NCBI GenBank assembly: GCA_016928695.1
Contig: JAFGKF010000118.1
Coordinates: forward strand, 1-50,038
Origin: Candidatus Sumerlaeota bacterium
GTDB lineage: Bacteria; Sumerlaeota; Sumerlaeia; JABWBI01
Direction of reading: 5' to 3'
Length of the DNA stretch: 50,038 bases
In this document: positions 8,922 through 17,404 of the stretch, piece after piece
How the letters are laid out: each line of letters starts with the position of its first letter
Numbering within the stretch: position 1 is the stretch's first letter
Notes under the pieces: model-generated
Database searches by the model: none
Told to the model about the DNA's origin: nothing
Seen by the model: the letters and a program-made list of their open reading frames with translations, nothing else
Made by a program: the position numbers and the translations under genes

Positions 8922-9863
8922 ATGGCCGCCCACTTCACCCTGAAGCGCCGCATCACCGCCTCCCTGGTCATCGCCCTGGAGTGTCTCGGCACACTCCTGC
9001 CCATGCGATGGGCCGTGGCCATCGGCGCCGGCATCGGGTGGATCGCGGGGCACGTGGTGCCCGTCCGCCGCCGAGTGGTGGATGAGAATCTCCGTGCGGC
9101 CTTCCCCGACCTGGCACCGCGTGACAGACGGAGACTGTGCCGGGATTTCTATGTTCACTTCGGACGATGGTGCGTGGAGTACCTCTTCATCTCGAGGGGC
9201 TCCGCGATCCGCCGGGGTGTCACCTTCACCGAGGAGGGACAGGAGCGCCGCGACGCTCTCCTCGCCGAGGGAAAGGGATTCATCACCGTCACGGGGCACA
9301 TGGGCAGCTGGGAGCTGATGGGGATGCACTTCGCCCATGAGGGACACCCCATCACCGTCTTGGCCAAGCCGCTGCACAACGGCTATCTCAACCGCCATGT
9401 GACCCGATCGCGGGCCCGCAGCGGCCTGGAGGTCATCTTCACTGGCACCGACATGTCCCGCCAGATCAGCGAGCGCCTGGGCCGAGGGAAGATCCTCTGC
9501 TTCCTCGCCGATCAGGACTCGCGCCAGTTCGGCACCTTCGTCGAGTTCATGGGGCGACCCGCCTCAACCCCCCGTGGCCCGGCGATGTACGCCCTCAGAG
9601 CGGGGTGCCCTCTCTTCCCTGTCTTCACCTTCCGCGAGCGGGGTCTTCGCCACCGCGTCATCTTCGGTGAACCCATCCGGCCACCGAGCGATCCCATCAA
9701 CACTGACCAGGCGATTCAGGAGATGATGCAGGCCTACACACGGCAGCTCGAGGCGGTGATCCGTCGCCAGCCCGAACAGTACTTCTGGGTCCACCGCCGC
9801 TGGAAAACACGCCCCGAGGACATCCGTCCCAAGCGCCGGAAGCGCGCGGGACTCGACCCCTGA
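8922..9863 (+). CDS. Lysophospholipid/lipid A acyltransferase (LpxL/HtrB family)
   Basis: N-terminal membrane helix. RRRVVDENLRAAFP and VTGHMGSWELMG (H-x-x-x-W-E catalytic motif of late lipid A acyltransferases). C-terminal PEQYFWVHRRWK. Confidence 0.75.
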   Translation: MAAHFTLKRRITASLVIALECLGTLLPMRWAVAIGAGIGWIAGHVVPVRRRVVDENLRAAFPDLAPRDRRRLCRDFYVHFGRWCVEYLFISRGSAIRRGVTFTEEGQERRDALLAEGKGFITVTGHMGSWELMGMHFAHEGHPITVLAKPLHNGYLNRHVTRSRARSGLEVIFTGTDMSRQISERLGRGKILCFLADQDSRQFGTFVEFMGRPASTPRGPAMYALRAGCPLFPVFTFRERGLRHRVIFGEPIRPPSDPINTDQAIQEMMQAYTRQLEAVIRRQPEQYFWVHRRWKTRPEDIRPKRRKRAGLDP

Positions 9864-9998
9864 GTTGCGGTTGACACGGGTCGGCCTGATTCCCAACCTG
9901 AGGGCGTTGAACCACTCCGTGAGATTGATCACAGTGGCAACGGGGGAGCGCGGGTATCATCAGAGTCTGATCTCTGATCCTGGGGAATCACGCCGAAA

Positions 9999-11471
9999 AT
10001 GCCCTGGTTTGAGTTCGCCACCCTGCTGATCTACCTGGCCGTTCTCTCGGCTCTGGCCATCTATGGACTTCACCGCTATCACCTGGTGCTCCTTCATCGC
10101 CATCACCGCGGCGATGCGGTCCAGGTCATCGACACCTTCTCCACCGAGCCGGTCGTCACCGTGCAGCTGCCTCTCTTCAACGAGCGCTATGTCGCTGAGC
10201 GTCTGATCCGCGCCGTCTGCGCCATGGACTGGCCGCGAGATCGCCTCGAGATCCAGGTGCTCGACGACTCGACCGACGACACGTGCGAGATCGTGGCGGG
10301 AATCGCCGAGGAGCTCCGCGCAGCCGGACACGATATTCACCACATCCATCGCACCGACCGGACAGGCTTCAAAGCCGGAGCCCTGGACGCGGGTCTCGCC
10401 CGCGCGCGGGGGGAATTCATCGCGATCTTCGACGCGGACTTCGTCCCGCCCCCCGATCTGCTGCGACGGACGGTCCCCCACTTCACCGATCGCCGGATCG
10501 GGCTCATCCAGGTGCGGTGGGATCACCTCAACCGCGAGCACTCCCTGCTGACGCGGATCCAGGGCCTGATGCTCGACGGCCACTTCGTCGTCGAGCACAC
10601 CGCTCGCCACCGCTCGGGGCGGTTCTTCAACTTCAACGGCACCGCGGGTCTCTGGCGACGCCAGTGCATCGAGGCGGCCGGCGGTTGGCAGCACGACACA
10701 CTGACCGAGGACCTCGACCTCTCCTACCGCGCCCAGCTGGCGGGGTGGCAGTTCCTCTATCGCCCCGATCTCACGGCTCCCGCCGAGCTGCCCGCGGAGA
10801 TCAACGCGTTCAAGAGTCAGCAGCACCGCTGGACCAAGGGCTCCATCCAGACAGGCCTCAAGCTCCTGCCCGCGATCTGGCGCGCGCGCCAGCCGCTGCG
10901 CGTCAAGGCCGAGGCGACGTTTCACCTCACCGACAACCTCTCCTACCTCCTGATGCTTGTGCTCTCCCTGCTGATGGGACCGGTGCTCTTCATCCGCCAC
11001 GCCCATGGGCTCAACTGGTTCTATCTCGTGGACCTGCCGCTGTTTCTCTCGGCCACCATGTCGGTCGCGGCCTTCTACCTCTGCGCGATGAGCGAGATCG
11101 ACGGCGGCCGGCGGCAGCGCGCTCTGCTCCTCCCCGCGCTGATGGCCATGGGCATCGGACTGTGCGTCAACAATGCCAGGGCGGTGATCGAGGCGCTGCT
11201 CGGACACGACTCGCCCTTCGTGCGAACACCCAAGCACTGCATCGAGGGACGCCGGGCGCGCTGGACTCACCTGCGCTACCGGGCCGCCGTCAACGCTCTG
11301 CCGGCACTCGAGGTGGGGCTCGGCCTGTGGTTCTTCTTCCTCTGTGTGTGCGCCACTCTCTTCGGCCAGTGGCTCGCTCTCCCCTTCCTGGCTCTCTTCA
11401 CCGCGGGGTTCCTGATGGTCGGCCTCATGAGCATCGGTCAGCGCACCCTGCTGCGCTGGCGACACTCATGA
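9999..11471 (+). CDS. Membrane-integrated family 2 glycosyltransferase (CslA / processive beta-glycan or glycolipid synthase-like)
   Basis: DDSTDDT, FDADF, TEDLDLSYR and QQHRWTKG (the Q-x-x-RW motif). One N-terminal TM helix and about four C-terminal TM helices. Confidence 0.85.
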   Translation: MPWFEFATLLIYLAVLSALAIYGLHRYHLVLLHRHHRGDAVQVIDTFSTEPVVTVQLPLFNERYVAERLIRAVCAMDWPRDRLEIQVLDDSTDDTCEIVAGIAEELRAAGHDIHHIHRTDRTGFKAGALDAGLARARGEFIAIFDADFVPPPDLLRRTVPHFTDRRIGLIQVRWDHLNREHSLLTRIQGLMLDGHFVVEHTARHRSGRFFNFNGTAGLWRRQCIEAAGGWQHDTLTEDLDLSYRAQLAGWQFLYRPDLTAPAELPAEINAFKSQQHRWTKGSIQTGLKLLPAIWRARQPLRVKAEATFHLTDNLSYLLMLVLSLLMGPVLFIRHAHGLNWFYLVDLPLFLSATMSVAAFYLCAMSEIDGGRRQRALLLPALMAMGIGLCVNNARAVIEALLGHDSPFVRTPKHCIEGRRARWTHLRYRAAVNALPALEVGLGLWFFFLCVCATLFGQWLALPFLALFTAGFLMVGLMSIGQRTLLRWRHS

Positions 11472-12838
11472 GCCCACAGCGGTTGATCTCCCGCCGATCG
11501 TTCCTGGCCGGCTCATTGACCCTCGCCGCCGGCTGCACAGGCCTCCCCCTCCTCCGCTCCCCCGCGCCACCGCACCGCATTCTGGTGATCGGAGCGGGGC
11601 TCGCAGGCCTCTCATGCGCACTGGACCTCGTGCGTGCAGGGCATGAGGTGACAGTGCTCGAGGCCACGGGACGCGCCGGAGGACGCGTTCAGACAGTCCG
11701 TGGATTCCGGTCGGCCCAGTGGGGCGAGCTCGGCGCCGAGCACTTCGGCCAGGGGGACCTCGCGGTGCGCAGCTGGGCCTCCGAGCTCGGCGTGCCCGTC
11801 GCAGAGACTCCCCTCACCCACGCGATCCGTTGGCGGGGCACGACACACACACAGCAGACGGACGATCCCCTCGTCCGAGAGGCGTGGCGGATCTGGTCCG
11901 AGTGGCCTCGGTGGCAGAGCACAGGCTGGGTCTCAGAGTACGACGATCTCAGCCTGCGCGAGCACTTCGAGCTCGAGGGCATCGACCCCACGGTGATCGA
12001 GATCCTCGCGGTTCTGGCCGAGGGCAGACTCGGGATGCCGCTGGAGGAGATCTCGGTTCCCCAGGCGCTCGCGGACGCCCAGGCCTGGCGTGACACCCCC
12101 ATGCGATTTGCCCAGGGAGCGGAGTCGCTGCCGGCCGCCATGGCCGAGAGACTCGGCGAGCGCATTCTCTGTCACAGCGCCGCTGTGCTGATCGAGATCA
12201 ACGACCAGGCCGTGGCGGTGACGACTCACACAGGCGAGCGGCTCTTCGCCCACTTCGGAGTGCTCGCCATTCCGCCCCGCCTCCAGTCGGAGATCGAGTT
12301 CGATCCCCCTCTGCCCAGCGACACCGCAGAGGCCCTCGAGGAGATCCAGATGGCCCCCGCGCACCGGGTGCTGCTTCAGTTCCAGCATCGCCTGTGGGAG
12401 ATGGGGGGCGACGGGGCCCCGGAGAGTCTCTTCACCGACATGCCCCTGGGGCATGTGTTCGACGCGACGGCCCATCAGGGCGGAGAGAGGGGAATCCTTC
12501 GGGTCACCGCCTCATGCCGACTCCCCGAGGAGGTCGCGGAGCGGGAGGAGCGCGGGAGGCACCGTCTTTTCGTCACTTGGCTCGATGAGATCTGGCCTGG
12601 CCTCTCGGAGGAATTCGACCTCGGGGCCTCCTGCGACTGGTCGGCGCAGCCCTGGACGCGGGGAGCGCGCAGTCTCTGGAGCCGAGGGCAGCTGACCTCG
12701 CTTCAGCCCCATCTGACTCGCCCGATCGCCCATCTCCACTTCGCCGGAGAGCACACCGCCCCCCAGCCAGGCACGATGGATGCCGCCCTCACCTCCGGGC
12801 GCCGCGCCGCACGGGAAATCCTTCACGCGATGCTCTGA
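11468..12838 (+). CDS. Tat-signal flavin-containing amine oxidase (monoamine / L-amino-acid oxidase family), possible lipoprotein
   Basis: ATGA overlap with the GT2 stop. Twin-arginine motif SRRSFLAGSLTLAAGC. FAD fold VIGAGLAGLSCALDLVRAGHEVTVLEATGRAGGRV. C-terminal FAGEHTA...GTMDAALTSGRRAA. The track ORF 10283..12838 is a spurious upstream extension. Confidence 0.8.
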   Translation: MSPQRLISRRSFLAGSLTLAAGCTGLPLLRSPAPPHRILVIGAGLAGLSCALDLVRAGHEVTVLEATGRAGGRVQTVRGFRSAQWGELGAEHFGQGDLAVRSWASELGVPVAETPLTHAIRWRGTTHTQQTDDPLVREAWRIWSEWPRWQSTGWVSEYDDLSLREHFELEGIDPTVIEILAVLAEGRLGMPLEEISVPQALADAQAWRDTPMRFAQGAESLPAAMAERLGERILCHSAAVLIEINDQAVAVTTHTGERLFAHFGVLAIPPRLQSEIEFDPPLPSDTAEALEEIQMAPAHRVLLQFQHRLWEMGGDGAPESLFTDMPLGHVFDATAHQGGERGILRVTASCRLPEEVAEREERGRHRLFVTWLDEIWPGLSEEFDLGASCDWSAQPWTRGARSLWSRGQLTSLQPHLTRPIAHLHFAGEHTAPQPGTMDAALTSGRRAAREILHAML

Positions 12839-12895
12839 GGGAGGTTATTGAGCTCTGCAGAGAAAATGCATTTCATTTCAACACAGTTTTTGTAG

Positions 12896-12958
12896 GGGCG
12901 CAGCATGCTGCGCCCGTGCCATGCGGCCCCTGAGAGGTGGGCGCAGCATGCTGCGCCC
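12896..12958. repeat. Two copies of a perfect 20-nt palindrome, GGGCGCAGCATGCTGCGCCC, 23 nt apart
   Basis: Copies at 12896-12915 and 12939-12958, inside a 350-nt AT-richer intergenic region. Each can form an 8-bp hairpin with a CAUG loop. Confidence 0.9.
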
Positions 12959-13187
12959 CCACAGCGCGGTGCATTGAGGGTGCATAGCTGAATAATGAAC
13001 AGGGATCGAGCCGACCCAACCGCAAAAGCCCAAGCGCTGTCGTGAATCCCCAAGACCACGCCCTGGGGCAGGCCTCTCCGCCAGATCTCATGTGATTGAA
13101 TCTGTTGAACTTGTGCCTCTCCGGCCAACCTTTGCCCATGGCATGGGTCTTGTACTCCGTAGAGGATGTGATCTGAAGGAAAGAGCG

Positions 13188-14678
13188 ATGACACGCAGAT
13201 CCCCTTCTCCCAAACCGCGGGCCCGGAAATCGCCGGAATCCAATCCCCCGGGGAAAGATCAATCCCCGGCTGTGGACTGGATTCAGCTGCTGGCCCTCTC
13301 CATCACGGGCGTGGCCATCCTGATGCTTCTGACGGTGGGCATCAGCGCTCAGACCAGCACCGAGGTCATCGATTTCTCCGATCCCAATGTCCGCGAGGCT
13401 CAGCTGCGCGCCCATCGGGAGCGCGTGTCCAATCTCCTCGAGCAGCGCAGACTGGAGCGAGAGCAGGAGGCGCAGAGGCCCACGGGGGGTCAGGACATGA
13501 GTGAGGGCGAAGACGCCGCGGCCCGCGCGCGAGAGCGCGGGAGCAGCGGTGTCGCCGCCTCCGAGCGCCTGGGAGCCCGCGGCGCGGCCGAGCTCCACAG
13601 CCTGCCTTTCAACGTGCTCTGTGAGATGGGAGAGCGTTTTCTGACGGCGGTCACCCTGGTCAACACGAGCGCCTCTGAGATCGACCATGTGTCACTGAAT
13701 CTCTCCTTCGATCCCCTGGTCATTCGCCCCCTGCAGGTGTCCGACGTCGACCTCCGCCCCCTGATCGCCGGTGAGCCCCTCCTGGAGGCCGATCTCCGCA
13801 CTGGGACCATCCACTTCGAGGCGGAGTTTCAGCGCCCCTTCAGCGGCGCCGTCCTCGATCTGCTGATCTTCGAGTGGGAGGCACTGGTTCCCACGCCCCG
13901 GACCCGCATTCAGCTCGTCTCCCGCAGTGGTGAGCCCTGCGTGCTCACCCGCGCGGGCCGAGACATGCTCGGAGCGCCCGGGGATCCCAGCGATGGGGTC
14001 ATCGGCACCGAGATCGCCGTCAACCATCACCACAGCGATGACCTGAGAGGCGCCCTTTTCATCGATGACCCGGAGAGCCTGCGGACCGTTCAGGGGGTGA
14101 CGCCCCACGGCGGTGTGGAGCTCGCGCTGGTCAGTGACACGCGCCAGCCTCAGATCGGCGAGCCCTTCGCCGTCGATGTGGTGTTCACCAATCCCCTGGA
14201 GACGCCGATCGACGATCTGCGCTTCGCCCTCCGCTACGACCCGAGCGTCCTCGAGGTGCTCGACGCCGCCCCCAGCGAGTCGCGCCAGACGGGAGACAAC
14301 TGGATCGTCGGTGGCGTCAACCTCCACGACGCCCCCTTCCGTCGGGATTTCCCGTTCGACTTTCACCTGCGCAACGAGGCCGACAATCTGATCGGCCTCG
14401 CGGATTACCGCATGGGGCTCAGTGAGCCCCGTCCCCTCAACGATGGCACCGTCGCGCGGATCTACCTCCGAGCCATCGCCCCCATCGATCGAACCGCGCT
14501 GACATTCGTGCACGGCGATGACATGAGGTTCCCGGTGACCTCGGTGCGATGCCTGGGCATCGATGTGCTCGGGGACCTCGGTGTCCCAGATGACGGCACT
14601 CACGATCTGTCGCTGCGCGTCGCACCGGAGCCGGTGACCACCGCCTCCGAGAGTGCGCACGAGCCCACCGGGGGCTGA
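13188..14678 (+). CDS. Single-pass membrane protein with a coiled-coil and two cohesin-like beta-sandwich repeats (function unknown)
   Basis: ATG 13188 follows GAAGGAAAG. Basic N-terminus, TM helix LLALSITGVAILMLLTVGI, and the charged helix REAQLRAHRERVSNLLEQRRLEREQEAQ. Two similar modules: TAVTLVNTSASEIDHVSLNLSFDPLVIRPLQV and FAVDVVFTNPLETPIDDLRFALRYDPSVLEVL. Confidence 0.65.
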   Translation: MTRRSPSPKPRARKSPESNPPGKDQSPAVDWIQLLALSITGVAILMLLTVGISAQTSTEVIDFSDPNVREAQLRAHRERVSNLLEQRRLEREQEAQRPTGGQDMSEGEDAAARARERGSSGVAASERLGARGAAELHSLPFNVLCEMGERFLTAVTLVNTSASEIDHVSLNLSFDPLVIRPLQVSDVDLRPLIAGEPLLEADLRTGTIHFEAEFQRPFSGAVLDLLIFEWEALVPTPRTRIQLVSRSGEPCVLTRAGRDMLGAPGDPSDGVIGTEIAVNHHHSDDLRGALFIDDPESLRTVQGVTPHGGVELALVSDTRQPQIGEPFAVDVVFTNPLETPIDDLRFALRYDPSVLEVLDAAPSESRQTGDNWIVGGVNLHDAPFRRDFPFDFHLRNEADNLIGLADYRMGLSEPRPLNDGTVARIYLRAIAPIDRTALTFVHGDDMRFPVTSVRCLGIDVLGDLGVPDDGTHDLSLRVAPEPVTTASESAHEPTGG

Positions 14679-14706
14679 GAACTCTCATCCCCTCTCTCCC
14701 CGCCGC

Positions 14707-14747
14707 GGCCCGGCCGGTGCTTTCTCCCTCCCCTCATCGGCCGGGCC
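14707..14747. terminator. Stem-loop between convergent genes (10-bp perfect GC stem, 21-nt loop)
   Basis: GGCCCGGCCG (14707-14716) pairs with CGGCCGGGCC (14738-14747). There is no clear U-tract on either strand. Confidence 0.35.
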
Positions 14748-14761
14748 CATGCTTCTCGGCA

Positions 14762-17404
14762 TCAGTGGAGCTGAAGCGCCGACACCTCGACGGTCGCCTC
14801 GCGGGGGGTGATCAGACGCCAGCGGACCGCATCGGCAAGTGCAATGGCGTCCCGCTCGGGGCGGGGGCTCCCCGTGACCGAGGACGTGTCGAGAGTCACC
14901 GCACCTCCCTGACCCCTGTCGAACTCGAACTCACCCAGCGGGATCCAAAGCGCCGCCTCCGTGACCCCATCCTGATCCACGGTGAGAGCCGTCACACCCT
15001 CGGCATGACTCACGCGCCAGGTCACATCGCTCGCATTGGCATCCTCTCCCCACGCCGCCGCCACCTCATAGAGTCCGGCGACCGGGAGCCAGGGGCGGAA
15101 GGTGGCCGAGGCTGCCACCTCGGCGGAGACGGCCCGGGCGCTGTTCGCCTCGAGCACGGGCACACGCGACTTCGACGAAGTCCCCTCCCAGGGACCCGAC
15201 AGCTCGGTGTAGAGACCCGGCAGCTGTGGAGCCTGACCGATCCCCACGCTCTCGATGATCAGATCCGGCGTGGAGAGCAGAGGCAGATGAGGCGTGCAGA
15301 CGTGGACATCGTCGATCCACCATCCATCACCCACCGCCCCATTGGAGTCGCTGAACAGCCTCCAGCGGATCCACACCTGAGGGGACCCCTCCCAGCGGCT
15401 GAGCGGAACGCGGGTCCGGCGATAGGGAAACGATCCCAGGTACAGCGTCTCCACCCGCTCCCACACCGCGCCATCGGTCGAGACCTCGACCGCTCCCCCA
15501 TCCTCGAGAGTCACCCCCGCGCGATAGAGCTCGTTGCCCGGGCTCTGAGCGAACTCGTGCTGCATGGCGAAGCTGAGCTCAGGACTCACGGCACCGGAAA
15601 GATCCAGAGGCGTGGCGAGAGTGAGAGAGATATCGGTGTTGGGTGCATAGGCCCCCGCCACACTGTCGTGATAACAGAAGTTCCCGCTGAAGGCCTCGAC
15701 CTGATCGGTCCGCGTCCAGGGTGCATCGGCGCTCCACGCGCCGGAGTCGGACTCGAAGTCGTCGAAGAAGAGCGTGGTCACCCCGGCGGTCGTCACAGTG
15801 CAGAGATTCGAGAGAGGACCCAGGTTCCCCACCTCATCGACCGCGCGGACACCCACATGGAAAGTCGCTGAGGGGGCCATCGTCTCACCATTCACACGCG
15901 AGAGAGGCAGCGTGACAGTGGTGCCGCCCGCCGCGGGGAGGGGGATGTCCCACGCCCGGGGCGCAGCGTCCCACGACTCCTCGGTCAGCGGCTCGGTGTC
16001 GACTCTCACATCCCAGCGCGCGGGGGTGCCCATCGCCCCGTCGTCACCCGGCGCGGTGAAAAGGACCCGTGCCCCCAGGGAGGCGAAGTCGCGCACGCGG
16101 AGATCGGTCACCGCGCCCGGGGCGACCGCGTCTGCGGCGAGGGGTCCCACCGCGCTGAGCCTCCCGTTGGAGAGAGTGGCCCCATCGACCGCTGCGGGGT
16201 GATCCACCCCTGCGCGGATGCGCTCGATCACCTCGCGGGGCGAGGCAGAGGGGTGGACTGATCGCACCAGGGCGGCTGCACCGCTCACGTGCGGCGCGGC
16301 GAAGCTCGTCCCCCCCCAGAGGCGAAAGCCTGAGGTCTCATCGCTGCTCGGGTGATTGACGGTCGAGGTCAGGGGGACCGACGGGGCGAGAACATCGACG
16401 GTGTTCGCGCCGAAGTTCGTGAAGTCGGCCGACTCATCGGAGCGATTGGATCCCCCCACCGCGATGAGATTGGGGAGCCCGTGGGTCGCGGGGTAAAACC
16501 GATTGCGATCGACACGGATGCCATCGTTGCCCGCGGCGGCGACCACGATCACACCCGCGTCACCGGCGCGCGCGTAGGCCTCGGCCTCGAGCTCACTGAA
16601 TTCGAAACCGCCGTAGCTCGCATTGATCACGTCCGCTCCGCGGTCCGCGGCGTAGTCGATCGCCTCGATCAGATCGTCCAGCGTCGCGGAGCCCCCGAAC
16701 ACCCGAAGGGGCATGAGACTGACCTGCCAGCAGACACCGGCGCCCCCGAAACCGTTGTCGCCCACCATCCCCGCCACCCCCGCGACGAAGGTGCCATGGT
16801 CGCTGGTCGACATGGGATCCCCGTCACCGGCGGCGAAGTCATATCCATGGACGTCATCGACATAGCCGTTGCCGTCGTCATCGACGCCATTGCCCGGTGT
16901 CTCACCCGGGTTCACCCAGAGATTCCCCGCCAGGTCGGGGTGGTCGAGATCGAGCCCGGAGTCGATCAGGGCGATCACGACCTCCGGGGAGCCGACGGTG
17001 ATCTCCCACGCCTCCGTCGCGTCGATGTCCATGTCGCCCACAGCGTCCCAGAGATTCCACTGGTCGGTGGCGAAGAGAGGGTCGTTGGGGAAGACCTCAC
17101 AGAGCTCGCGGATCAGATTCGGCTCGGCGATGCGCACCGTGGGATTGCGCCGAAGCATCGAGAGCGCCTGGGCAACCCCCGTCTTCGCGGGGAGTGCCCA
17201 CCGCTCAGGGCGGTCCGGGGCACGGGATTCCCGGAGGCATTGGAATCCGCGCCGGCTCAGGCTGACGCGGGCCGCCGAGCGCTGAGGGCCCTCGCGCCAG
17301 GCGATCAGCACCTCGCCCGGGACATGGGCGACCTGGGCAGGCAGCGGTGTGAGCAGCGAAAGCGACAGCGCCGCAGCAGCGCCCCAGAGATGAGGGCGGT
17401 TCAC
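14762..17404 (-). CDS. Secreted multidomain subtilisin-family (S8) serine protease
   Basis: Signal peptide MNRPHLWGAAAALSLSLLTPLPAQV and an I9-like propeptide. Catalytic Asp (IALIDSGLD), His (HGTFVAGVAG), Asn (NASYGG) and Ser (GTSFAAPHVSGAAAL). A roughly 460-aa C-terminal extension holds FN3-like and MAM/LamG-like modules and ends in a golvesin-C-like module (YEVAAAW...LGEFEF...LADAVRW). GTG start overlaps the upstream stop (GTGA). Confidence 0.9.
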   Translation of the reverse strand: MNRPHLWGAAAALSLSLLTPLPAQVAHVPGEVLIAWREGPQRSAARVSLSRRGFQCLRESRAPDRPERWALPAKTGVAQALSMLRRNPTVRIAEPNLIRELCEVFPNDPLFATDQWNLWDAVGDMDIDATEAWEITVGSPEVVIALIDSGLDLDHPDLAGNLWVNPGETPGNGVDDDGNGYVDDVHGYDFAAGDGDPMSTSDHGTFVAGVAGMVGDNGFGGAGVCWQVSLMPLRVFGGSATLDDLIEAIDYAADRGADVINASYGGFEFSELEAEAYARAGDAGVIVVAAAGNDGIRVDRNRFYPATHGLPNLIAVGGSNRSDESADFTNFGANTVDVLAPSVPLTSTVNHPSSDETSGFRLWGGTSFAAPHVSGAAALVRSVHPSASPREVIERIRAGVDHPAAVDGATLSNGRLSAVGPLAADAVAPGAVTDLRVRDFASLGARVLFTAPGDDGAMGTPARWDVRVDTEPLTEESWDAAPRAWDIPLPAAGGTTVTLPLSRVNGETMAPSATFHVGVRAVDEVGNLGPLSNLCTVTTAGVTTLFFDDFESDSGAWSADAPWTRTDQVEAFSGNFCYHDSVAGAYAPNTDISLTLATPLDLSGAVSPELSFAMQHEFAQSPGNELYRAGVTLEDGGAVEVSTDGAVWERVETLYLGSFPYRRTRVPLSRWEGSPQVWIRWRLFSDSNGAVGDGWWIDDVHVCTPHLPLLSTPDLIIESVGIGQAPQLPGLYTELSGPWEGTSSKSRVPVLEANSARAVSAEVAASATFRPWLPVAGLYEVAAAWGEDANASDVTWRVSHAEGVTALTVDQDGVTEAALWIPLGEFEFDRGQGGAVTLDTSSVTGSPRPERDAIALADAVRWRLITPREATVEVSALQLH

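Noticed and set aside
10283-11467. Upstream 395 codons of the 851-aa track ORF 10283-12838.
   Set aside because: This part overlaps the GT2 gene in another frame and translates to Arg/Pro-rich nonsense. The real amine oxidase starts at ATG 11468, where the Tat signal begins, with an ATGA overlap onto the GT2 stop.
12896-12958. The two identical 20-nt palindromes considered as a mini CRISPR array.
   Set aside because: There are only two copies, the spacer is 23 nt, the repeats are perfect palindromes, and there are no cas genes in the window. They fit a REP-like element better.
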